From the NCBI GenBank assembly GCA_963628435.1, contig CAVGEY010000009.1, positions 13,631-77,630 of the forward strand: a stretch of DNA of 64,000 nucleotides, written 5' to 3'. Position numbers and translations under genes: made by a program. Positions 54,116-63,708 of the stretch are shown here, one piece after another (positions within the stretch are counted from its first letter, which is position 1; every line of letters begins with the position of its first letter). Source of the stretch: a bacterium (GTDB lineage: Bacteria > Bacillota > Clostridia > Oscillospirales > CAG-272). Below the pieces are notes generated by a model. The model worked only from the letters and a program-made list of their open reading frames with translations. It made no database searches and was not told where the DNA came from.

Positions 54116-54140
54116 ATTTTCACGAAGGAGGTAAGAAAAA

Positions 54141-55019
54141 GTGGGTCAGAAGGTTAATCCTCACGGACTCCGTGTCGGAGTCATAAAGAACTGGGATTCC
54201 AGATGGTTTGAAAAAGACGAAACATTCGGAGATACCCTTGTTTCGGATTATAAACTGAGAACAGCCCTGAAGAAGCAGCTTCAGGAAGCCGGCGTGCCGA
54301 AGATCGAAATCGAGCGCGACAGCGAAAAAGTCAGAGTCTTTATCCATTGCGCAAAACCCGGTCTGGTAATCGGACGCGGCGGCGAATCAATAGAAAAGCT
54401 CAAGGCTCAGATTGAAAAAATGGTCGGAAAGCCCGCAGTCGTAAACGTAATCGAAATCAAGCAGCCCGATCTCAACGCACAGCTTGTTGCCGAGAATATC
54501 GCCGGACAGCTTGAACGCCGTGTATCCTATCGCCGCGCAATGAAGTTCTGCATCGGCAGAACAATGCGTCTCGGCGCAAAGGGTATCAAGGTTATGCTTT
54601 CGGGACGTCTTGCAGGTGCCGATATAGCAAGAACAGAACAGTATCATGAAGGTACTATTCCGCTTCAGACACTCAGAGCCGATATCGAATACGGTTTCTG
54701 GGAAGCAAACACCACTTACGGTAAAGTCGGTGTTAAAGTATGGATTTTCAAGGGCGAAGTTCTTCCGGACGTAAAGAAGAAGTTCACCGTAATGCCTACA
54801 GTTGAGCAGGTTCCCGCAAGAAACGACCGCCGCGGCGATCGCAGACAGGGTGACCGCAGACAGGGCGACCGCAGACAGGGCGGCAATTACCGTCAGAACG
54901 GTAATAACTTCCGTCAGGGCGGCCAGGGCGGCAACTTCCGTCAGGGCGGACAGAACAACGGAAACCGCACTTATGCCGGCGGCGCAAACAGAACGCCTAG
55001 AGAAGGGGGTAACAAGTAA
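54141..55019 (+). CDS. rpsC: 30S ribosomal protein S3, with a C-terminal Arg/Gly/Gln/Asn-rich repeat extension of about 70 aa
   Basis: GTG start, [13 protein letters not shown]... core. The tail reads [47 protein letters not shown]. Confidence 0.96.
   Translation: MGQKVNPHGLRVGVIKNWDSRWFEKDETFGDTLVSDYKLRTALKKQLQEAGVPKIEIERDSEKVRVFIHCAKPGLVIGRGGESIEKLKAQIEKMVGKPAVVNVIEIKQPDLNAQLVAENIAGQLERRVSYRRAMKFCIGRTMRLGAKGIKVMLSGRLAGADIARTEQYHEGTIPLQTLRADIEYGFWEANTTYGKVGVKVWIFKGEVLPDVKKKFTVMPTVEQVPARNDRRGDRRQGDRRQGDRRQGGNYRQNGNNFRQGGQGGNFRQGGQNNGNRTYAGGANRTPREGGNK
54834..54878 (+). repeat. 3 x 15-bp in-frame tandem repeat (GDRRQ x3) inside the rpsC tail
   Basis: ggcgatcgcagacag / ggtgaccgcagacag / ggcgaccgcagacag. 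It is followed by a duplicated aacttccgtcagggcgg segment (NFRQGG x2). Confidence 0.9.
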
Positions 55020-55441
55020 TGTTAATGCCGAAGAGAGTCAAGTACAGACGTGTTCAGCGCGGCAGACTCAAAGGAAAAGCATCCCGCGGCAACACAATCA
55101 CTAACGGCACGTTCGGACTTGTTGCAACCGAGCCCGCATGGATCACGAGCAACCAGATTGAGGCAGCCCGTATAGCCATGACACGTTACACAAAGCGTGG
55201 CGGTAAGGTATGGATTAAGATATTCCCGGATAAGCCGATCACAGAAAAGCCGGCTGAAACCCGAATGGGTTCCGGTAAAGGTTCACCCGAATACTGGGTA
55301 GCAGTCGTTAAACCGGGCAGAGTAATGTTCGAGATGGACGGCGTAACACCCGAAACAGCGAAGGAAGCAATGCGTCTTGCAGCCCACAAGCTGCCGATAA
55401 AGTGCAAGTTCGTTGCAAAAGAAACAACCGAGGAGGCATAA
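55019..55441 (+). CDS. rplP: 50S ribosomal protein L16
   Basis: [16 protein letters not shown]...; its start overlaps the rpsC stop. Confidence 0.97.
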   Translation: MLMPKRVKYRRVQRGRLKGKASRGNTITNGTFGLVATEPAWITSNQIEAARIAMTRYTKRGGKVWIKIFPDKPITEKPAETRMGSGKGSPEYWVAVVKPGRVMFEMDGVTPETAKEAMRLAAHKLPIKCKFVAKETTEEA

Positions 55442-55444
55442 GCA

Positions 55445-55633
55445 GTGAAAACCGGCGAAATCAGAGAAATGACTGTCGAAGAGCTTGAAAAAAAGCTTTC
55501 CGAACTGAAAGAAGAACTGTTCAATCTGCGCTTCCAGCACGCGGTAAATCAGCTTGACAATCCTCACAAAATGACGGAAGTCAAGAAGGATATCGCCCGC
55601 GTTATGACCATTCTTCATGAGAAGAAAGCATAA
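55445..55633 (+). CDS. rpmC: 50S ribosomal protein L29
   Basis: 62 aa, GTG start, [30 protein letters not shown]. Confidence 0.95.
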   Translation: MKTGEIREMTVEELEKKLSELKEELFNLRFQHAVNQLDNPHKMTEVKKDIARVMTILHEKKA

Positions 55634-55654
55634 GTAAGGGAAGGAGATTCGATC

Positions 55655-55921
55655 ATGGCAGAAACAATCGAGCGCAACCTCCGCAAAACCCGTATCGGCA
55701 AGGTTGTAAGCAATAAAATGGATAAAACGATTGTCGTCGCAATCGAGGACAACGTAAAACATCCCAAATACGGAAAGATCATCAAGAGAACTCTTAAGAT
55801 TTACGCACAGGATGAAAATAACGAGTGCGAAATCGGAGATAAGGTACTCGTAATGGAGACCAGACCTCTTTCAAGACTTAAGAGATGGCGTCTTGTTGAA
55901 ATACTCGAAAAGGTTAAATAA
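55655..55921 (+). CDS. rpsQ: 30S ribosomal protein S17
   Basis: 88 aa, [22 protein letters not shown]... Confidence 0.96.
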   Translation: MAETIERNLRKTRIGKVVSNKMDKTIVVAIEDNVKHPKYGKIIKRTLKIYAQDENNECEIGDKVLVMETRPLSRLKRWRLVEILEKVK

Positions 55922-55968
55922 TCAAGTAAATACAACAAAGATTGTGTTGAAAACAGGAGGAAATAATC

Positions 55969-56337
55969 GTGATACAACAGCAAACTCGTATGAAGGTTGC
56001 CGATAACACCGGTGCCAAAGAGATCATGTGTATTCGCGTCCTCGGCGGCTCAGGCAGAAGATATGCAAATATCGGAGATGTCGTAGTGGCCTGCGTTAAA
56101 AAGGCTACTCCGGGCGGAACCGTCAAGAAAGGCGAAGTTGTAAAAGCAGTTGTTGTAAGATCCGTTCACGGCGTAAAGCGCGCCGACGGTTCGTACATTA
56201 AGTTCGACGAGAACGCAGCGGTAATTATCAAACCGGATAAGACACCGGTTGGTACCCGTATTTTTGGGCCGGTGGCAAGAGAACTTCGTGATAAGGATTA
56301 TCTGAAGATTCTTTCACTTGCTCCCGAAGTGCTTTAA
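55969..56337 (+). CDS. rplN: 50S ribosomal protein L14
   Basis: GTG start, [26 protein letters not shown]. Confidence 0.97.
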   Translation: MIQQQTRMKVADNTGAKEIMCIRVLGGSGRRYANIGDVVVACVKKATPGGTVKKGEVVKAVVVRSVHGVKRADGSYIKFDENAAVIIKPDKTPVGTRIFGPVARELRDKDYLKILSLAPEVL

Positions 56338-56350
56338 GGAGGAAATGACG

Positions 56351-56692
56351 ATGGCAAAGATGCATATTAAAAAAGGCGATACCGTCATAGTTCTGTCCGG
56401 TAAGTACGAGGACAAGTATGAAAAACCCGGTGTTGTTAAAACAGGAAAGGTTCTCGAAGTATCTCCCGAAGAGGGAAAAGTAATTGTTGAAGGTATTCAC
56501 CGTGTTACAAAGCACTTCAAAGCAAGAAAACAGGGTGATACAAGTGCGATTCTTAAGGTTGACGCTCCTATCTACGCATGCAAGGTGCAGCTCTACTGCC
56601 CGGACTGCAAGGCAGGCCGCCGTTCGACCATTAAGGAAATCGACGGTAAAAAAGTTCGTGTTTGCACAAAGTGCGGACATAAGTTTGATTAA
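56351..56692 (+). CDS. rplX: 50S ribosomal protein L24 (KOW domain) with C-terminal CxxC...CxxC
   Basis: The start is chosen at ATG 56351, 8 nt after AAGGAGG, giving [19 protein letters not shown]. The C-terminus contains CPDC...CTKC. Confidence 0.93.
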   Translation: MAKMHIKKGDTVIVLSGKYEDKYEKPGVVKTGKVLEVSPEEGKVIVEGIHRVTKHFKARKQGDTSAILKVDAPIYACKVQLYCPDCKAGRRSTIKEIDGKKVRVCTKCGHKFD

Positions 56693-56709
56693 GAAGGAGG
56701 AGCAAAGAA

Positions 56710-57249
56710 ATGTCAGAACTCAGAGAATATTATAAAAAAGAAGTTGCTCCTGCTCTTATGAAAAAGTTCAACTATAAGAGCGTAATGCAGATTCCGAAGT
56801 TTGATAAGGTTGTCGTAAACGTAGGATGCGGCGACGCAAAGGATAACTCCAAGGTTATCGAAACCGTCATTTCCGAACTGACCGCAATCACAGGTCAGAA
56901 GGCGGTTCCTACAGTTGCTCATAAATCGGTTGCAAACTTCAAAATCCGTGAAGGCATGAAGATCGGCGTAAAGGTTACACTTCGCGGCGAGATTATGTAC
57001 GAATTCATTGATCGTCTTTTCAACCTGGCTCTTCCCCGTGTCCGCGACTTTAAGGGTATCAACCCCAACGGCTTCGACGGCAGAGGAAACTACAGCCTCG
57101 GCCTGAAGGAACAGCTCATATTCCCGGAAATCGAATACGATAAGATCGATAAAATCCGCGGTATGGACATCGCTTTTGTGACAACTGCCACCACCGATGA
57201 AGAAGCAAAAGAGCTTCTCACACTGATGGGCGCACCGTTCGCAAAATAA
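56710..57249 (+). CDS. rplE: 50S ribosomal protein L5
   Basis: 179 aa, [27 protein letters not shown]... Confidence 0.97.
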   Translation: MSELREYYKKEVAPALMKKFNYKSVMQIPKFDKVVVNVGCGDAKDNSKVIETVISELTAITGQKAVPTVAHKSVANFKIREGMKIGVKVTLRGEIMYEFIDRLFNLALPRVRDFKGINPNGFDGRGNYSLGLKEQLIFPEIEYDKIDKIRGMDIAFVTTATTDEEAKELLTLMGAPFAK

Positions 57250-57272
57250 TATTTACTGGAGGGTAACAAAAG

Positions 57273-57458
57273 ATGGCTAAGAAGTCAATGATAAACAAAC
57301 AGCAAAGACCCCAGAAGTTCTCTACCCGTGAATATAACAGATGCAAAATCTGCGGACGTCCTCACGCGTATATGCGTAAGTACGGCATTTGCCGTATCTG
57401 CTTCCGCGAACTCGCATATAAGGGCGAAATCCCGGGCGTAAGAAAAGCATCTTGGTAA
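57273..57458 (+). CDS. rpsN: 30S ribosomal protein S14, type Z (zinc-binding)
   Basis: 61 aa with [23 protein letters not shown]. Confidence 0.96.
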   Translation: MAKKSMINKQQRPQKFSTREYNRCKICGRPHAYMRKYGICRICFRELAYKGEIPGVRKASW

Positions 57459-57595
57459 TATTACCGGTTACGGAATATACAGTATAATTTCAGTTTCAGC
57501 TCCAACTAATCGGAAGGGAAGCAAAAGCTTCAACCGCCGATGTGCAGCCCTAAAAGGGCAGCAAGAAAAATAACTTGCATAAGGAGGATTATAAT

Positions 57596-57991
57596 ATGCA
57601 AATTTCTGATGTAATTGCGGATATGCTCACAAGAATCCGCAACGCAAACAACGCAAAACACGAAAGCGTTGATATCCCTGCATCTAATATGAAGAAGTCC
57701 ATTGCCGACATTCTTCTCGCCGAGGGCTATATTAAAGGCTATCAGGTAATCGAAGACGGCAAGCAGGGTGTTATCCGCATCACACTCAAGTATATCGGCA
57801 AGCAGAAGGTCATTCAGGGACTTCGCCGCGTATCCAAGCCCGGTCTGCGTATTTACGCCGGCTGCGAGGATATGCCGAAAGTTATGAACGGACTCGGCAT
57901 AGCAATCGTATCAACATCCAAGGGTGTCATGACCGACAAGAAGGCTCGTGAAGAGAAGGTCGGCGGCGAAATCCTTGCGTTCGTTTGGTAA
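57596..57991 (+). CDS. rpsH: 30S ribosomal protein S8
   Basis: [18 protein letters not shown] from ATG 57596, after AAGGAGG. The track ORF starts 21 nt upstream at a TTG. Confidence 0.96.
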   Translation: MQISDVIADMLTRIRNANNAKHESVDIPASNMKKSIADILLAEGYIKGYQVIEDGKQGVIRITLKYIGKQKVIQGLRRVSKPGLRIYAGCEDMPKVMNGLGIAIVSTSKGVMTDKKAREEKVGGEILAFVW

Positions 57992-58010
57992 TTGAAGGGA
58001 GAGTATAGAG

Positions 58011-58559
58011 ATGTCAAGAATTGGTAGAAAACCTGTACTGGTTCCCGCCGGCGTTGATGTTACATTCGGTGCCGAAAATACCGTTACCGTAAAAGGACCT
58101 AAGGGAACAATAACCGAAAAATTCCACCCCAATATGATCATTGAGATGGAAGGAAACGAGATCATTGTAAAACGTCCCGATGATGAAAAGTTCAATAAAT
58201 CGCTTCACGGTCTGACTCGTACGCTCATTCATAACATGATCGTCGGAGTTACCGAAGGCTTTGCAAAGCGTCTTGAAATCAACGGCGTCGGATACAGAGC
58301 CGCGAAGAACGGCAAAACACTTCAGCTGTCACTCGGCTATTCGCACGGTATCAGCATTGAGGAAGCAGACGGAATCACATTCGAAGTTCCCGATTCTTCC
58401 ACAATCATTGTACACGGAATAGATAAGCAGAAGGTCGGCGAAGTAGCTGCTATCGTCAGAAAGAAGAGACCGCCGGAACCCTACAAGGGCAAAGGTATCA
58501 AGTATGCCGATGAGCACATCCGTCGTAAGGCGGGCAAGACCGGTAAGTCCGGAAAGTAA
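58011..58559 (+). CDS. rplF: 50S ribosomal protein L6
   Basis: [17 protein letters not shown]... Confidence 0.97.
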   Translation: MSRIGRKPVLVPAGVDVTFGAENTVTVKGPKGTITEKFHPNMIIEMEGNEIIVKRPDDEKFNKSLHGLTRTLIHNMIVGVTEGFAKRLEINGVGYRAAKNGKTLQLSLGYSHGISIEEADGITFEVPDSSTIIVHGIDKQKVGEVAAIVRKKRPPEPYKGKGIKYADEHIRRKAGKTGKSGK

Positions 58560-58577
58560 TGAAAGGAGTACAGTAAG

Positions 58578-58934
58578 ATGGTATCAAGAAAAGACTCCAA
58601 CATTCAGCGTAAAAAGAGACACGCTAGAGTCAGAGCAAAGATTACAGGCACACCCGAGCGTCCCCGCCTTTGCGTATATCGCTCAAATGCCAATATCTCT
58701 GCCCAGATTATAGATGATACAAACGGTGTTACACTCGTGGCAGCCTCCTCCTATGAGAAGGACTTCGAAAACGGCGATAATAAAGAAGCAGCCAAAAAGG
58801 TCGGCGAACTGCTTGCGCAGCGCGCTGTTGAAAAGGGCATTTCGGTTGTCGTTTTCGACCGCGGCGGCTATCTTTACCACGGAAGAGTACTTGAACTTGC
58901 CGAAGGCGCACGCGCCGGCGGACTTAAGTTCTGA
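58578..58934 (+). CDS. rplR: 50S ribosomal protein L18
   Basis: 118 aa, [27 protein letters not shown]... Confidence 0.97.
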   Translation: MVSRKDSNIQRKKRHARVRAKITGTPERPRLCVYRSNANISAQIIDDTNGVTLVAASSYEKDFENGDNKEAAKKVGELLAQRAVEKGISVVVFDRGGYLYHGRVLELAEGARAGGLKF

Positions 58935-58951
58935 TAAACAGGAGGAGAAAA

Positions 58952-59455
58952 ATGGCAAAGAATATAGAGGCAGAGACGCTTGACCTTCAGCAGAAACTCG
59001 TTAAGACAAAACGTGTTTCCAAGACGGTTAAGGGCGGTCGAATCGCATCCTTCGCAACAATTATGGTTGTCGGCGACGGCAAGGGAAATGTCGGATACGG
59101 CCTCGGAAAAGCTTCCGAAGTTCCGGAAGCGATCCGTAAGGGTATCGAGGATGCAAAGAAAAACATGGTCAAAATATCTCTTAAGGGTGATACAATTCCT
59201 CACGAGGTTACTGCCGAATACGGAGCCGGCAAGGTTATGCTCAGACCGGCACCCGAAGGAACAGGAATTATCGCAGGCGGTACAATGCGTGCTATTTTCG
59301 AAATGGCAGGCATTAAGAACATCCGTGCGAAGTGCCTTCGTTCTTCGAATGCAACCAATGTCGTAAAGGCAACATTTGCGGCACTTGAACAGCTCCGCAC
59401 CGCAGAAGAAGTTGCCGCAATGCGCGGACTCTCTGTTGAAGAGATTTCTAAATAA
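58952..59455 (+). CDS. rpsE: 30S ribosomal protein S5
   Basis: 167 aa, ...[33 protein letters not shown]... Confidence 0.97.
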   Translation: MAKNIEAETLDLQQKLVKTKRVSKTVKGGRIASFATIMVVGDGKGNVGYGLGKASEVPEAIRKGIEDAKKNMVKISLKGDTIPHEVTAEYGAGKVMLRPAPEGTGIIAGGTMRAIFEMAGIKNIRAKCLRSSNATNVVKATFAALEQLRTAEEVAAMRGLSVEEISK

Positions 59456-59470
59456 GGGGGATACAAGACA

Positions 59471-59647
59471 ATGATTAAAATCACACTTGTAAAAAGCCTT
59501 ATCGGGTCATTACCCGCACAGAAGAAAACCGCAGCTGCGCTCGGACTCCGCAAAATCGGCGACAGCAAGACTCTTGCCGACACACCCGCAACACGCGGAC
59601 AGATTAAAGTGATTTCCCACCTCGTATCTGTTGAGGCGGCAGACTAA
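59471..59647 (+). CDS. rpmD: 50S ribosomal protein L30
   Basis: Absent from the ORF track because it is under 60 aa. My hand translation gives MIKITLVKSLIGSLPAQKKTAAALGLRKIGDSKTLADTPATRGQIKVISHLVSVEAAD (58 aa). The RBS is GGGGGA, and the position between rpsE and rplO is canonical. Confidence 0.9.
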   Translation: MIKITLVKSLIGSLPAQKKTAAALGLRKIGDSKTLADTPATRGQIKVISHLVSVEAAD

Positions 59648-59692
59648 GCCACTGCGAAGGCTGCTTAAAAATATCAATAAGGAGGAATTATT

Positions 59693-60136
59693 ATGAAGCT
59701 CCATGAACTTTCACCGGCGCAAGGCTCTGTAACAAAGTCTTTCCGCAAAGGAAGAGGCGTTGGATCAGGCAACGGAAAAACTGCCGGTAAGGGCCATAAA
59801 GGGCAGAATGCCCGTTCAGGCGGCGGAGTTCGCCCCGGCTTTGAGGGCGGTCAGATTCCGCTTTACAGAAGACTTCCTAAGAGAGGCTTCTGCAATGCAA
59901 GATTTGCAAATGTTTACAGCATTATCAATGTCGAGACACTTAACACTTTTGAAGACGGCGCAGTCGTTGACATGGCAACTCTTCTTGAAAAAGGAATTGT
60001 CAGAAAAGAAAATGACGGACTCAAAGTTCTCGGCCGCGGCGAAATCACAAAGAAATTAACCGTAAAGGCTAATATCTTCTCAGCAAGTGCAAAAGAGAAG
60101 ATTGAAGCTGCCGGCGGAACTGTTGAGGTGGTCTAA
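59693..60136 (+). CDS. rplO: 50S ribosomal protein L15
   Basis: [38 protein letters not shown]... Confidence 0.97.
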   Translation: MKLHELSPAQGSVTKSFRKGRGVGSGNGKTAGKGHKGQNARSGGGVRPGFEGGQIPLYRRLPKRGFCNARFANVYSIINVETLNTFEDGAVVDMATLLEKGIVRKENDGLKVLGRGEITKKLTVKANIFSASAKEKIEAAGGTVEVV

Positions 60137-61474
60137 GTGAAGAGTGCAATCGGAAAAATAAGAGATATCTGGAACGCAACCGATATCAGAAATAAGATTC
60201 TTTTTACTCTCTTTATACTGCTTATCTATCAGGTAGGATCGGCAATTCCGGTTCCGTATGTTAAATCCGAAATCGCAACATGGTTCCAGCAGACATACGG
60301 CAATACGATTTTTGCCTATCTCAGCCAGCTGTCGGGCGGTTCGCTTGAACAGGCCAACCTGTTTGCTCTTTCGATTAACCCGTATATCACCGCGTCTATC
60401 GTAATTCAGCTTCTTACAGTTGCAATTCCGAGATGGCAGGAATGGTCAAAGGAAGAAGACGGACAGAAAAAGCTGACACAGATTACCCGTATCACAACTG
60501 TTATTCTTGCACTCATCACAGCATGGGCGTATTACAACATTCTGAGCAATGCAACCACATCGTCGGGCTCGTCACTTCTTTACTCCGACGGAGTATTTGA
60601 AGCGTTCGTAATTATAGCCTGCTTCTGCGGCGGCGCTGCTATCGTAATGTGGCTCGGTGAGAAAATCAATGAAAAAGGTATCGGAAACGGTATCTCGATG
60701 ATACTTTTCGCAAATATCCTCGCAGGATTCCCGAGAAGACTTCCTTATATTTGGGATCTTTTCACCCAGTGGGGATGGGGAACCGCAATCGCCGTTGTCG
60801 GCGTAGTCGGCATTCTCGCGATTATCGTCTTTATTATCTTTATCACCAACAGTGAGCGCAGAATTCCCGTACAGTACTCTAAGAGAGTTGTCGGAAGAAA
60901 AATGTACGGCGGCCAGAATACAAACCTTCCTCTGAAGCTCAATATGAACGGCGTTATGCCTGTCATCTTCGCTTCGTCGATTGTTTCTCTCCCCGCCACA
61001 ATCGGAACATTGCTTGGTCATACAACAAGTGACAGCGGATTCTGGGGAACATTCCTCAAGATTTTTGAGGCGACATCTCCTCTCTATATCGTTCTTTATC
61101 TTGTGCTGATCATCGCATTCGGATATTTCTACACACTGATTTCTTTCGACCCTGTTGAAGTATCCAATAATCTTAAGAGAAACGGCGGTACCATACTCGG
61201 TATCCGTCCGGGCGCACCTACAGCCGAGTACATCAAGAAGATTCTTAACAGAATCACTCTTATCGGCTCGCTCTTCCTCATTGTTGTAGCGGGACTTCCG
61301 CTCATAATCAATGCGGTTGCAACTGTGCTTCCTTCAAGCTGGGGCCTCTCGTCTGTTTCCGGACTTGCGTTCAGCGGAAACTCTCTGCTCATCGTAATCG
61401 GAGTTGCACTCGAGACCTACCGCGATATCGAAGCTCAGATGTCCATGCGCCACTATAAAGGCTTCCTGCAGTAA
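60137..61474 (+). CDS. secY: preprotein translocase subunit SecY
   Basis: 445 aa, 10 TM helices, canonical position after rplO. The GTG start abuts the rplO stop, after GAGGTGG. Confidence 0.95.
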   Translation: MKSAIGKIRDIWNATDIRNKILFTLFILLIYQVGSAIPVPYVKSEIATWFQQTYGNTIFAYLSQLSGGSLEQANLFALSINPYITASIVIQLLTVAIPRWQEWSKEEDGQKKLTQITRITTVILALITAWAYYNILSNATTSSGSSLLYSDGVFEAFVIIACFCGGAAIVMWLGEKINEKGIGNGISMILFANILAGFPRRLPYIWDLFTQWGWGTAIAVVGVVGILAIIVFIIFITNSERRIPVQYSKRVVGRKMYGGQNTNLPLKLNMNGVMPVIFASSIVSLPATIGTLLGHTTSDSGFWGTFLKIFEATSPLYIVLYLVLIIAFGYFYTLISFDPVEVSNNLKRNGGTILGIRPGAPTAEYIKKILNRITLIGSLFLIVVAGLPLIINAVATVLPSSWGLSSVSGLAFSGNSLLIVIGVALETYRDIEAQMSMRHYKGFLQ

Positions 61475-61499
61475 TTTACCCCGTAAAGGAGATTATGTT

Positions 61500-62138
61500 A
61501 TGAAAATAATGTTTTTGGGCGCTCCCGGCGCCGGTAAAGGCACACAGGCAGAATTTGCGGCAAATAACTACGGTATCCCCGCAATTTCGACCGGTGCAAT
61601 CATCAGAGAAGCACTTAAAAACGAAACCGAGATGGGTAAAGCAGCCAAGTCTTATATCGAGGCAGGCGCGCTTGTACCGGATGAAGTCGTAATAGGAATC
61701 ATCAAAGAGCGCTTAGCCGAAGATGATTGCAAAAACGGATTCATTCTCGATGGATTTCCCCGCACGGTCGCGCAGGCTGAAGCTCTTGACGCCATGGGCG
61801 TTGAGATGGATGTCGTTATCTCGCTCGAAGTACCCGATGAAGCAATAGTCGAAAGAATGTGCGGAAGACGGGTCTGCGATAAGTGCGGAGCAAGCTATCA
61901 TACTAAATATAAGCCATCAAAAGACGGCAAGACATGCGATAATGACGGAAATCTCCTTTCTATTCGTAAGGATGATGATCCCGAAGTCGTCAAAAACAGG
62001 CTTAAAACCTATCATGAGCTTACCGAACCCCTTAAAGACTTCTATAAGTCAAAAGGCAAACTCAAAATTGTTGTCGGTCAGGAAGAAGTCGCAGATACGA
62101 CAAAACTTACTGCTGCCGCAATTGAGAGCGTGAAATAA
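61500..62138 (+). CDS. adk: adenylate kinase (zinc-lid type)
   Basis: MKIMFLGAPGAGKGTQ from ATG 61500. The lid has CGRRVCDKC...CDNDG (Cys-Cys-Cys-Asp). The track ORF has a spurious 32-aa N-terminal extension. Confidence 0.96.
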   Translation: MKIMFLGAPGAGKGTQAEFAANNYGIPAISTGAIIREALKNETEMGKAAKSYIEAGALVPDEVVIGIIKERLAEDDCKNGFILDGFPRTVAQAEALDAMGVEMDVVISLEVPDEAIVERMCGRRVCDKCGASYHTKYKPSKDGKTCDNDGNLLSIRKDDDPEVVKNRLKTYHELTEPLKDFYKSKGKLKIVVGQEEVADTTKLTAAAIESVK

Positions 62139-62164
62139 TCACGCAAACAATAGGGTAAAGTAGA

Positions 62165-62917
62165 ATGATATCACTCAAAAACGAAAAACAGATAGAATCA
62201 ATGAAAAAAGCCGGCAGAATCACAGGCGAAGCCCTTCTTGTGGCAAGAGATGCGATTCGCCCCGGTATAACTACAAAACATCTTGATGACCTTATCAGAC
62301 ATTATATAGAGAAATGCGGCGCAAGACCGTCATTTCTCGGATATGCCGGATTTCCGGGAAGCGCCTGTATAAGTGTAAACAACCAGATAATTCACGGTAT
62401 TCCTTCTCCGAACGTTGTTCTGAAAGAAGGAGATATCGTGAAGGTGGATGTCGGAGCTTATATAGACGGCTTCCACGGTGATGCCGCGAGAACATACCCG
62501 GTAGGCAATGTCAGCGAGGCGGCTGCAAGGCTGATCAGAGTAACCGAGGAGAGCTTCTGGAAAGGCATCGGACAAATAAAAGAGGGCAACCGTCTCGGTG
62601 ACCTGGGCGCCGCCGTTCAGGGTCATGCCGAAAGCAACGGTTACTCGGTGGTAAGACAGTATGTCGGTCACGGTGTCGGTCATGAACTTCATGAATCACC
62701 CGATGTGCCGAATTACGGAACACCGGGCAGGGGACAGCGTTTTATTCCCGGAATGGTTATCGCCGTTGAACCCATGGTAAATGAGGGAACCGCCGCGATA
62801 ATCGAAGGTAATGACGGCTGGACGGTTCTTACCGCGGACGGAAAACTGTCCGCACATTATGAGAACACGATCGCAATTACACCCGACGGTGTGCTTGTTC
62901 TTACAAAGTATGATTAA
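62165..62917 (+). CDS. map: methionine aminopeptidase, type I
   Basis: 250 aa. Metal ligand contexts are DIVKVDVGAYIDGFHGD, HGVGHELHE and VIAVEP...YENT. Confidence 0.95.
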   Translation: MISLKNEKQIESMKKAGRITGEALLVARDAIRPGITTKHLDDLIRHYIEKCGARPSFLGYAGFPGSACISVNNQIIHGIPSPNVVLKEGDIVKVDVGAYIDGFHGDAARTYPVGNVSEAAARLIRVTEESFWKGIGQIKEGNRLGDLGAAVQGHAESNGYSVVRQYVGHGVGHELHESPDVPNYGTPGRGQRFIPGMVIAVEPMVNEGTAAIIEGNDGWTVLTADGKLSAHYENTIAITPDGVLVLTKYD

Positions 62918-62950
62918 TAATATCTGTATGGAAAGTTAGGAGGGATTCAT

Positions 62951-63169
62951 CTGGCTAAGGATGATGTTATTGAGTTTGAGGGCGTAGTGGTAGAGGCTAT
63001 GCCGAATGCGACCTTTAAGGTTAAACTGCCGAACGATCACATAATCGTTGCGCACCTTTCGGGAAAGCTTCGAATGAACTATATTTGGGTATTGCCCGGT
63101 GATAAGGTAACCGTAGAGGTTTCGATTTACGATCCTACAAAAGGTCGTATAACATGGCGTTCTAAATAA
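62951..63169 (+). CDS. infA: translation initiation factor IF-1, apparently starting at a non-canonical CTG codon
   Basis: The conserved IF-1 N-terminus (M)[25 protein letters not shown] begins at CTG 62951, 6 nt after AGGAGGG (62938-44). No in-frame ATG, GTG or TTG lies between the upstream stop (62918-20) and GTG 62987. The product is 72 aa, the usual IF-1 length. Confidence 0.8.
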   Translation: MAKDDVIEFEGVVVEAMPNATFKVKLPNDHIIVAHLSGKLRMNYIWVLPGDKVTVEVSIYDPTKGRITWRSK

Positions 63170-63186
63170 GAAAGGAATGGTGTATA

Positions 63187-63300
63187 ATGAGGGTTAAACC
63201 GTCCGTAAAGAAAATTTGCGATAAATGCAAAATCATTAAGCGCAAGGGAATCGTAATGGTAATATGCGAAAACCCCAAGCATAAGCAGAGACAGGGCTAA
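63187..63300 (+). CDS. rpmJ: 50S ribosomal protein L36 (zinc form)
   Basis: Absent from the ORF track (37 aa). Hand translation gives [37 protein letters not shown]. Confidence 0.93.
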   Translation: MRVKPSVKKICDKCKIIKRKGIVMVICENPKHKQRQG

Positions 63301-63323
63301 TTGAAAGAAGAGGTGAAAACTAA

Positions 63324-63692
63324 ATGGCACGTATAGCAGGCGTAGATATTCCGAACAATAAGCGAGTAGAAATCGCTCTTACCTATATTTACGGTATCGG
63401 AAGAAAAAGCGCAAACGATATACTCGCAGCAACAGGTATCGATCCGGATACACGCGCAAAAGATCTGACTGATGCCGATATAGCAAAGCTTCGTGATGAA
63501 ATCGAAGAAAACTATAAAGTAGAGGGTGACCTTCGCCGCGATGTCGGACTTGACATCAAGAGAATGGTTGAGATTAACTGCTACAGAGGCATAAGACACA
63601 GAAAAGGTTTGCCTGTAAGAGGACAGAGAACAAAGACAAATGCGAGAACACGCAAGGGACCCGCAAAGACAATTGCGAATAAGAAGAAGTAA
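63324..63692 (+). CDS. rpsM: 30S ribosomal protein S13
   Basis: [28 protein letters not shown]... Confidence 0.97.
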   Translation: MARIAGVDIPNNKRVEIALTYIYGIGRKSANDILAATGIDPDTRAKDLTDADIAKLRDEIEENYKVEGDLRRDVGLDIKRMVEINCYRGIRHRKGLPVRGQRTKTNARTRKGPAKTIANKKK

Positions 63693-63708
63693 GGAGTGAA
63701 GACAGCAG

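Noticed and set aside
54802-55104. 100-aa alternative-frame ORF across the rpsC tail and the rplP start.
   Set aside because: It is an out-of-frame reading of the GC-rich repeat region, inside two certain ribosomal protein genes.
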